A DNA stretch of 28,682 nt from Candidatus Sumerlaeia bacterium (GTDB lineage Bacteria > Sumerlaeota > Sumerlaeia > SLMS01). Position numbers and translations under genes: made by a program. Below the pieces are notes generated by a model. The model searched no databases. It saw only the letters and a program-made list of their open reading frames with translations, and was not told the origin of the DNA. The stretch's first letter is position 1, and each line of letters starts with the position of its first letter. Shown one piece after another: positions 7,206 through 14,099 of this stretch. The DNA is taken from NCBI GenBank assembly GCA_038208905.1, contig JBBQYG010000038.1, positions 1 to 28,682 of the forward strand, in the 5' to 3' direction.

Positions 7206-8261
7206 ATGAAACCACAGCCCCTCCCCGGCGGCAAGCCCCCCCGCATCGTGATCGTGGCCCACGGTTCGCGCTCGCGGGAGTGGGTCGCCGCCCTGCGCGC
7301 GTGGCATCGCGGCGTGGTGGAGCAAATGGGCGACGCGGGCGGCGCCGTGGAGCTGGCGTTCCTGGAAATCGCGGAGCCGTTGCTGGAGGACCGCCTCGGC
7401 GATCTCGCGAAGCAGGGCGGGCCGGTGGTCGTCGTGCCGTTCTTCCTCTCTCGCAGCGGCCACGCCGGCGACGATGTGCCGCGCATCGCCGAGGAGAAGC
7501 TGGGGGGGCACGTGCCGTGGCGGATTGTCTCGCCACAGGGATGGGAGACGGTTCTTGGCCGCAACGCCGCGAGGCGCCTCCTGGCGGCGGGCGCGCGCAC
7601 GGGCGACCCGGTGATCGTGTCGGGCTATGGCGCCTCTCATCACGACGAACTGTGGCGCGAGTTGATCCGCGAAGTCCAAGACGCGGCGGGGCCGTTTGCC
7701 GGAGGCGCGCCGTGGCTGTGGGCGCCGAGCGGGCATTTTCTGGCGGACTACGGGGCGCCGCTGCGCACTTGTCTCGCGTCGGTGGAGAGAAGCGCGCGCC
7801 GGATTTCCACACGCCACGCCACGATGCGCCGCGGGAGCGGCGCCACATTCGTCGCCCCGGACTTCAGTCCGGGGTTCACTGGCCCCGGTGGATTCCGACG
7901 CCCGCAGGGATCGCACAGTCGCGCGCCTGTTGGACCCCTCCCAGGGTCCGGTTCCCTATCCTCTCGCGTCCCCGGACTGAAGTCCGGGGCTACGAATGTG
8001 GCGTCCCTGCCGGGACGCACGCGACTGGCGTCGCCGAGAGGTCGCGGCAAACCCCGCGCGGCGATACTTCCACTTTACCTTTCGGTCTCCACCTATCAGA
8101 AGGAACTTATTCCGGCGGCGATCTCGGAGTTTCCCGGGCTCCGAATCAGCTTTCAACCCGACGCCATCCTGCCCGACGCTGAACTGGAGTCGTGGATGGC
8201 TCAGCTTCTGCTGAGGGAGTTGTTGCCGGAACCGCGCCGCATTGGCCAAGGAGCCCCATGA
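7206..8261 (+). CDS. CbiX/SirB-family (sirohydrochlorin) chelatase with an in-frame REP-derived insertion
   Basis: 'IVIVAHGSR', 'AFLEIAEP' and 'VVVPFFLSRSGH..DDVP' form the first CbiX unit. The second unit runs 'VIVSGYG...APLRTCL' [insert] 'AILPLYLS....Q..LIP'. ATG 7206; the stop overlaps the cysH start (ATGA). Confidence 0.82.
   Translation: MKPQPLPGGKPPRIVIVAHGSRSREWVAALRAWHRGVVEQMGDAGGAVELAFLEIAEPLLEDRLGDLAKQGGPVVVVPFFLSRSGHAGDDVPRIAEEKLGGHVPWRIVSPQGWETVLGRNAARRLLAAGARTGDPVIVSGYGASHHDELWRELIREVQDAAGPFAGGAPWLWAPSGHFLADYGAPLRTCLASVERSARRISTRHATMRRGSGATFVAPDFSPGFTGPGGFRRPQGSHSRAPVGPLPGSGSLSSRVPGLKSGATNVASLPGRTRLASPRGRGKPRAAILPLYLSVSTYQKELIPAAISEFPGLRISFQPDAILPDAELESWMAQLLLRELLPEPRRIGQGAP
7826..8018. 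repeat. REP doublet / REPIN-like palindromic element (GTAG family B) inside the chelatase CDS
   Basis: 34-bp inverted repeats at 7841-7874 and 7970-8003 (33/34 match), each holding a perfect CCCCGGACT-NN-AGTCCGGGG hairpin preceded by GTCG or GTAG. Accessory hairpins at 7826-7843, 7932-7949 and 8001-8018. Confidence 0.9.
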
Positions 8262-9085
8262 ACCTCGATTCGTCCCGCGGCAGCCAGACCACCAGCCGCG
8301 TTGGCGTGGCGGTGTTCAAGGGCACGGGCTCGCGCCTGGAAAGTCTCTCCGCCGACGAGATCATCCACTGGACGCTGGATACTTTCCCCATTGGGAAAAT
8401 CGCTGTGCTCTCCGCCTTTCAGAAGGCCGGATGCGTCCTCTGCCACAGCATCGCGCGCCTCGGTCTTCAGTCGCGCGTGGACGTTCTGTTCGTGGACACG
8501 GGGGTGAACTTTCCCGAGACGATCGAGACGGTGGATCGCTATCGCACTGAGTATGGCCTCAACGTGATCGCGCTGCATCCCGAGCGCACAATGGCCCGGC
8601 AGACGGCGGAGGAGGGCGTGCTCTATCTCTCCAAGGAGGGGCAGGAACGCTGCTGCGAATTGCGCAAGAAGGATCCGTTGAAGCAGATCCGCGGGCGCTA
8701 TGAGGCGCTGCTGTCGAGCCTCCACCGCAGTGATGGCGGCCGCCGCGCCAAGACCCCCGTTCTCGCGCCCGACATCGAACTGAATCTCGTCCGCATCCAC
8801 CCGCTGATCAGCATCACCGAAGAGGAAATCGAGGCCTATATCCGCCAGCACGGCGTGATCGTGAATCCGCTCCACGACCAAGGCTACCCGACGGTTAGCT
8901 GCGCGCGATGCACCACGCCGGTCCTCCCTGGTGAGGACGAACGCGCGGGCCGCTGGCGCCACTTGGAGCACGCCTCTCAATACTGTAACATCAATCCGAC
9001 CGACCGGGCGCGAGGGGGCGACAACTCCGACTTCGTGGAACTCAGCTACGAGACGGCGCTGAAGATCGAGAACTACGACATCTGA
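8258..9085 (+). CDS. cysH: APS/PAPS reductase (CysH family) with Fe-S-type CC...CxxC ligands
   Basis: 'FVDTGVNFPET', 'RCCELRKKDPL', 'NPLHDQGYPTVSCARCT' and 'GEDERAGRW'. AAGGAG RBS just before ATG 8258. Confidence 0.92.
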   Translation: MNLDSSRGSQTTSRVGVAVFKGTGSRLESLSADEIIHWTLDTFPIGKIAVLSAFQKAGCVLCHSIARLGLQSRVDVLFVDTGVNFPETIETVDRYRTEYGLNVIALHPERTMARQTAEEGVLYLSKEGQERCCELRKKDPLKQIRGRYEALLSSLHRSDGGRRAKTPVLAPDIELNLVRIHPLISITEEEIEAYIRQHGVIVNPLHDQGYPTVSCARCTTPVLPGEDERAGRWRHLEHASQYCNINPTDRARGGDNSDFVELSYETALKIENYDI

Positions 9086-9157
9086 CGCGCGGTTTCCCTC
9101 GACACGCCCCCACGCCCAACCGAAGTTGGCCTTGTGCTTGTCGAGTTAGGCATACCA

Positions 9158-10105
9158 ATGAAAGCCGGTATCAATCCCACCTTGTTCCTCCCCCCGTTTG
9201 TCCGGTCCTTCGCCGCAACTTTGCTCGCCGTTGCATTGGTCCTCGCCCCCGGTTTTGCGACCGCCGAGGAAGCCCCGGCGCCGGAAAGGCTGGTCATCGC
9301 CTTTCAGAAACAGAAAGATCCCCGCAAGATTCAGGAAACCGCCGACTCGCTGGCGGCGATCCTTACAAAGGATATCGGCATCCCGGTGGAGGTCTATGTT
9401 CCGGCGACCTATACCGCCAGCGTTCAGGCTCTGGCCAGCGGCAAGGCGCACTTCGCCTACATGAGCGCGATTCCGTATCTGCTGGCGCGGCAGGAGGCGC
9501 CGGTTGAGATCGCGCTCGCCGAAGTGCGTGGCAATCGGACCGACTATGATTCAGTCTTCGTAGTGAGGAAGGATTCCCCCTATCAGACGCTGGCCGATCT
9601 AAAGGGCGCGCGGATGATGTTCACGTCGGCCACCAGCACGTCGGGCTATGTGATGGCCTACTCGCGCTTGGTGGACGAGAAGCTGCTGGAGAAGCGCGCG
9701 GCGCCGACCACGTTCTTTAGCGAGGCGAATTTCGCCGGCGGTTACGACCGCGCGCTGTTGGCGGTGCATCGCGGCCAGGCCGACGTTTGCGCGGTGAGCT
9801 ACTACACCGTCGAGGGGGAGAAGGCCGATGTGTATTCGACGCCGCAGATGCGCGAGGAATTGCGCGTCCTGACGCGGACGCCCGGTGTGCCCACGCACCT
9901 GATCTGCCAGCGCAAGGACCTTCCGATATCCGTCCGCGAAGCCTTCAAGGCCTCGATCCTGCGCATCGCGAAGGAGCAGCCCGCGCTGCTTTCGGATGTT
10001 TACGGCGCCGCGACGTTCAAGGAAGTGGACGAGAAGGAACACCTGAAGGGCGCCGAGGCGGCGCTCGAAAACACGGGCCTCGGATTGGCGGGCCTCGTCG
10101 AGTGA
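9158..10105 (+). CDS. phnD: PhnD/PtxB-like (phosphate/phosphite/phosphonate family) ABC substrate-binding protein
   Basis: Signal-peptide-like N-terminus, then 'PATYTASVQAL', 'YDSVFVVRKDSP..TLADLKG', 'SATSTSGY' and 'GGYDRALLAV..GQADV'. Start 9158 or 9134. The substrate is not determined. Confidence 0.85.
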   Translation: MKAGINPTLFLPPFVRSFAATLLAVALVLAPGFATAEEAPAPERLVIAFQKQKDPRKIQETADSLAAILTKDIGIPVEVYVPATYTASVQALASGKAHFAYMSAIPYLLARQEAPVEIALAEVRGNRTDYDSVFVVRKDSPYQTLADLKGARMMFTSATSTSGYVMAYSRLVDEKLLEKRAAPTTFFSEANFAGGYDRALLAVHRGQADVCAVSYYTVEGEKADVYSTPQMREELRVLTRTPGVPTHLICQRKDLPISVREAFKASILRIAKEQPALLSDVYGAATFKEVDEKEHLKGAEAALENTGLGLAGLVE

Positions 10106-11709
10106 GTGTGTATCCCCAGCCCCTGACCCTGGCCGTCGGCGCGGGAGAGGCAGGCACCGCGGAAGCCGCGCCGGTGCTGAGGCTGTGCGATGCCAGCGTG
10201 CGTTATGGGCGGGCGGAGAAGGCGGCGCTTGTCGGCGTGTCGCTGACCCTGCAGCCGGGAGAACGCGTGGCGTTGCTGGGTCCATCGGGTGGTGGAAAGA
10301 CGACGCTGCTGCGCGCGCTGGAAGGTTCGCTTCCGCTGAACGAGGGGACGCTTGAGCGTGGCGGCGTGGCGAGCTTGATCTATCAGGACCTTCGCCTGGT
10401 GGGGGAAGCGACGGTGCTGGCCAATGTGTGCAACGGCGCCCTGGGGCGGATGCCTGGGCGGCAGGGCCTTTTTGGATTCCCGCGCGAAGTGGTGGCGCGG
10501 GCGAAGTCGTTGCTGGCAGAGTTGGGACTCTCCGAATTCATTGATCGCAAGGCGTCCTCGCTCTCCGGCGGCCAGCGCCAGCGCGTCGCGATTGCGCGGG
10601 CGCTCTGTGGCCAGCCCGACGCGATTCTGGCCGACGAGCCGATGGCCTCCCTGGACCCGGCCAACTCCGGGCGCCTGCTGGAGGTGCTTGCGGTCCTGCA
10701 ACGGCGCCATCGCTTTGCGTTGGTGCTGTCGATGCACGACGCGGGGCCCGATCCCGATTTCTTTGACCGGTATATCGTCGTCCGGGATGGAAAGTTGGCG
10801 CTCTCCACCGCAAGCGCCGCCGAGGCGTGGGGGACGATGCACGCGGTGCCCGCGCACCATCCGCAGGACAGCGAGTTCGTGCCCCCGCCCCGCCAGGACG
10901 CGGCGACCGAGGCTGGCGCGCCCCTGTGGAGGCGCGTCGCCCCCGCCGTGGCGGTGGCGATGATGGGCGCGGCGGTATGGTGGTCCGCGTCGGCGCTGGG
11001 CCTTGTGCGTGCGGCCTCCTCGATGGAGGCCAGCGGCGTCTCTGCGTTTCTGAGGAGACTCCTGCCGTCGAGTTGGGCCGAAGTCGCGGCGCTGCCGTGG
11101 GCGACGCTCTTTGCCTCGCTCGTGGAGACGATCCAGATGGCCCTGGTGGGGACGCTCGCGGGCGTGGCGCTGTCGCTGCCCATGGCGGTGATGGCCTCTC
11201 GCGCGACGTCGCCGCGGCTGCTGCGCGTTCCCGCGCGATTCCTGCTCAACGTCGTCCGCACGGTGCCGTCGATCGTGTGGGCGCTGTTCTTTGTGGCCTT
11301 TGTGGGGTTGGGTCCGGCCTCGGGCGTGATGGCGCTGGCGGCTTACTCGATGGGGTATCTGACGAAGTTGTTCTACGAAGGGCTGGAGGACGCCGACAAC
11401 CGCCCGGCGCTGGCGCTGAAGGCGCTCGGTGCAAGCAGGCTCCAGATCTTCCGTCGCGCGATCCTTCCCACGGCGCGTCCGGCACTGGTGGGCGCGTGCC
11501 TGTTCGTGTTCGAGTACAACATTCGCTCCGCCAGCATTCTGGGCGTGGTGGGCGCGGGCGGCATCGGGCAGGACCTGATGTACTACATCGAATGGCGCCA
11601 GTTCCCCGCCGCCATCGCGGGCCTGCTGATGATCCTCGCGATCGTGGTTGGGCTCGACGCGATTTCGGAGCGGTGGCGCCGCAGCTTGACGAAGCAGCGC
11701 GGCGTTTGA
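10102..11709 (+). CDS. Fused ABC ATPase + permease (PhnC-PhnE type)
   Basis: GTGA overlap with the phnD stop. Walker A GPSGGGKT, signature LSGGQRQR, Walker B ILADEP and H-loop MHD, followed in the same frame by PhnE motifs 'ETIQMA..GT', 'RTVPSIVWALFFV..VGLGP..G', 'KLFYEGLE' and 'FEYNIRSASILGVVGAGGIG'. Confidence 0.9.
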   Translation: MSVYPQPLTLAVGAGEAGTAEAAPVLRLCDASVRYGRAEKAALVGVSLTLQPGERVALLGPSGGGKTTLLRALEGSLPLNEGTLERGGVASLIYQDLRLVGEATVLANVCNGALGRMPGRQGLFGFPREVVARAKSLLAELGLSEFIDRKASSLSGGQRQRVAIARALCGQPDAILADEPMASLDPANSGRLLEVLAVLQRRHRFALVLSMHDAGPDPDFFDRYIVVRDGKLALSTASAAEAWGTMHAVPAHHPQDSEFVPPPRQDAATEAGAPLWRRVAPAVAVAMMGAAVWWSASALGLVRAASSMEASGVSAFLRRLLPSSWAEVAALPWATLFASLVETIQMALVGTLAGVALSLPMAVMASRATSPRLLRVPARFLLNVVRTVPSIVWALFFVAFVGLGPASGVMALAAYSMGYLTKLFYEGLEDADNRPALALKALGASRLQIFRRAILPTARPALVGACLFVFEYNIRSASILGVVGAGGIGQDLMYYIEWRQFPAAIAGLLMILAIVVGLDAISERWRRSLTKQRGV

Positions 11710-11715
11710 TTCCCC

Positions 11716-12003
11716 CTACAGCTTGAAGCCCTTGCGAATCGCGATGGCGCGCTTGGCCTGCTGAAACGCGGCGAAGTACTCGCCGGTTCCCTCCGGCGGA
11801 AGGCTCGGCTGGCGGGAGAGCATCTCGCGCGCCTGGCCTTCGATCTCCTCCTCGATGCGCTGGTCCTGCAACATGATCTTGCCGATCACGTCGGCGATCT
11901 GGTCGGCCCCGGTCATGCATTTTACGGCGCCACGGGTGGTCATTTCGCGGGCCATGGCCTTGGCCAACTTGCGGATGCGGGTTTCGCTCATCTTCATCGG
12001 CAT
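11716..12003 (-). CDS. DUF507-like small protein
   Basis: 'MKMSETRIRKLAKAM...IEEEIEGQAREML....F...KRAIA.RKGFKL' matches the size and end motifs of DUF507 as I recall them. It converges on the Phn operon with a 6-bp gap. Confidence 0.7.
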   Translation of the reverse strand: MPMKMSETRIRKLAKAMAREMTTRGAVKCMTGADQIADVIGKIMLQDQRIEEEIEGQAREMLSRQPSLPPEGTGEYFAAFQQAKRAIAIRKGFKL

Positions 12004-12161
12004 GCCCTCGGATCAGATAGGCCTGTATGGTAGGCGTTGGGGTGGCCCAAGCACAATGGAACTATCCATAGAGCGCTTGGGCGATGCGGACAAAGAAATA
12101 GTTCGCATGGAAAACTGATATGGGGCATCTTTCGTGCGCAGTTCGAAACGAGGAGAACAAG

Positions 12162-14099
12162 ATGAAAGCCCACGTAGAAAGCCACGGTCACCCCGACAGC
12201 GACGGGACCTCCGGATGGAGGGAGCCCGCCGTCGCGTCAGCGCTGTGCCTCGCCTTCCTTCTGGCGGCCCTCGCGACCTCCGCAGCGTGGCCGATCGTCT
12301 CCGCCGCGCTGTTTGCGGCGGCCTTCATCGCCGGGATGCGGTATCCCCTTCCGGAGATGGCGCAGTCGCTGGCCCACGGCCAGGTGGATGTTGACCTGTT
12401 GATGGTCGTGGTGGCCCTGGGGGCTTGGTTCCTCGGGCACCCGGGAGAGGGCGCCTCCCTTCTGGCGCTCTTCGGCGCGAGCCGCGCGATGGAGGCCTAT
12501 GCGCGCGGCCGCACGCGTGCCTCGGTGAAGGACTTGGTGGCGGAGCTACCCAGTCGCGCCATGCGCGTGGAGGGCGGGGAATTCAAGGACGTCGCCGTGT
12601 TGGATCTGGTTCCCGGGGACACGATTCTCGTCCGCGCGGGGGAACGCGTCGCGGTGGACTGCGAGATTGTGGAGGGTGAGACCACGCTGGACCTTTCCGC
12701 CATCACCGGCGAGTCGGCGCCGAGCGAGGCCAAAGTCGGCACGGACATCCCCTCGGGCGCCGTGAACGGCGGCGGAGTGGTGCGCGCGTCGGTGACGCGA
12801 CTCGCGGCCGAAAGCTCCTTCCAGAAAATCATCCATCTGATCGAGAACGCGCCGATGCGCCGCTCGCCCGCCCAGGAACTGTCGGACAAGGCGGGGCGCA
12901 TCTTCACCGTGGCGATCCTTTCCGTATCGGCGGTGGCATTCCTTGCGTGGTGGCTGGGCATGGGATTGACCGCGGCCGATGCGACCTATCGCGCGATGGC
13001 ATTGTTGGTGGCGGGATCGCCTTGTGCCATCGTGCTGTCGGTGCCGAGCGCCATTCTTGCGGCCATCGCGAGCGGCGCGCGGCGCGGCATCCTGTTCAAC
13101 GGCGGGCGCGGGCTGGCGGCGCTTGCGGGCGCGCGCATGGCCGCCTTTGACAAGACGGGAACCCTGAGCGTGGGAATCCCCGGCGTGGTCAAGGTCACGG
13201 GCCCCGGCGCCGAGGACCCCGAGATGCTGGGCGTGGCGTGGGACCTTGCGCGGTCCTCCACGCATCCGGCATCGCTCGCGATCGCGCGCAACTTTCGCGA
13301 GGAATTCGAGCGCGGCGCGCATCCCACGATGAAGGAAGTTCACGAGCGCGCGGGCCGCGGCATGACTGGCGAATGGCACGGGCGCAAGTTCGAGCTGGGC
13401 CGCGCGCGAGGCTGCGACGCGCTCGACGGCGAGGATCGCGAGTATTCGCGCGTGGTGCTATACGCGGACGGCAAGCCATCGATTCACTTCTATCTGGCGG
13501 AGACGCCGCGCGAGGACGCGGCGCAAGCAGTAGCCGCGCTGCGCGCGCGCGGCCTGACGCCGCTGATCATCAGCGGCGACACCCAGGCCGCCGTGGATCG
13601 GCTGGCGAAGCAAGTTGGCATCGCCGATGCCCGGGGCGAGTTGCGGCCCGAGGGCAAAGTGGAGGCGATCCGCGCGCTGGCGCTGCAGGGCGGCGTGATG
13701 ATGGTGGGCGATGGCGTGAACGACGCCCCCGCCCTGGTGGAGGCCGACGTGGCTGTGGCGATGGGCGTGCGCGGTTCGGCGGCGACGCTGGCGCAAGCCG
13801 ACATGATCCTGGCCAAGGACCGGCTAATCGCCCTTCCGATGGCCGTGGATCTGGCGCGCCGCACACGCCGCGTGGTAGCCCAGAACCTGACCATCGCCAT
13901 AGGCGCCGCGGCGGTGCTGATGGCCTTTGCGCTGCTGGGGCATCTGCCGCTGCTGGCGGGCGTTTTTGGCCACGAGGGCGGCACGGTGCTGGTGGTGCTC
14001 AACAGCCTGCGGCTGCTGTCGATTCCCGAGGCTCCCCCGGCGCCGCCGACCGCGACTGTGCGGGCTACTCCGGGCGAAGCTGCCGCGGCGGCAGCTTGA
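12162..14099 (+). CDS. Heavy-metal P1B-4 type ATPase (Co/Fe/Zn class)
   Basis: TGES, SPC in the metal-binding helix ('GSPCAIV'), DKTGT, HP, GDGVND and HEGGT; SPC plus HEG(G/S)T defines P1B-4. AGGAG RBS at 12151-12155. Confidence 0.92.
   Translation: MKAHVESHGHPDSDGTSGWREPAVASALCLAFLLAALATSAAWPIVSAALFAAAFIAGMRYPLPEMAQSLAHGQVDVDLLMVVVALGAWFLGHPGEGASLLALFGASRAMEAYARGRTRASVKDLVAELPSRAMRVEGGEFKDVAVLDLVPGDTILVRAGERVAVDCEIVEGETTLDLSAITGESAPSEAKVGTDIPSGAVNGGGVVRASVTRLAAESSFQKIIHLIENAPMRRSPAQELSDKAGRIFTVAILSVSAVAFLAWWLGMGLTAADATYRAMALLVAGSPCAIVLSVPSAILAAIASGARRGILFNGGRGLAALAGARMAAFDKTGTLSVGIPGVVKVTGPGAEDPEMLGVAWDLARSSTHPASLAIARNFREEFERGAHPTMKEVHERAGRGMTGEWHGRKFELGRARGCDALDGEDREYSRVVLYADGKPSIHFYLAETPREDAAQAVAALRARGLTPLIISGDTQAAVDRLAKQVGIADARGELRPEGKVEAIRALALQGGVMMVGDGVNDAPALVEADVAVAMGVRGSAATLAQADMILAKDRLIALPMAVDLARRTRRVVAQNLTIAIGAAAVLMAFALLGHLPLLAGVFGHEGGTVLVVLNSLRLLSIPEAPPAPPTATVRATPGEAAAAAA

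Noticed and set aside
7164-7916. N-terminal extension of the 434-aa ORF 6612-7916
   Set aside because: It overlaps the chelatase gene on the opposite strand; SirC-like sequence begins only at Met 7163.
7841-8003. Possible CRISPR repeats or IS ends
   Set aside because: Only two copies, inverted rather than direct, with no spacer array, cas gene or transposase; the pattern fits a REP doublet.
9787-10101. Upstream extension of the PhnC-PhnE ORF
   Set aside because: It lies inside phnD in another frame; GTG 10102 overlapping the phnD stop is the natural start.
12111-12143. NiCo (czcD) riboswitch suggested by AAACTGA...CAGTT upstream of a P1B-4 ATPase
   Set aside because: The enclosed segment is only about 21 nt, too short for the four-way junction, and the conserved junction sequences are not visible.
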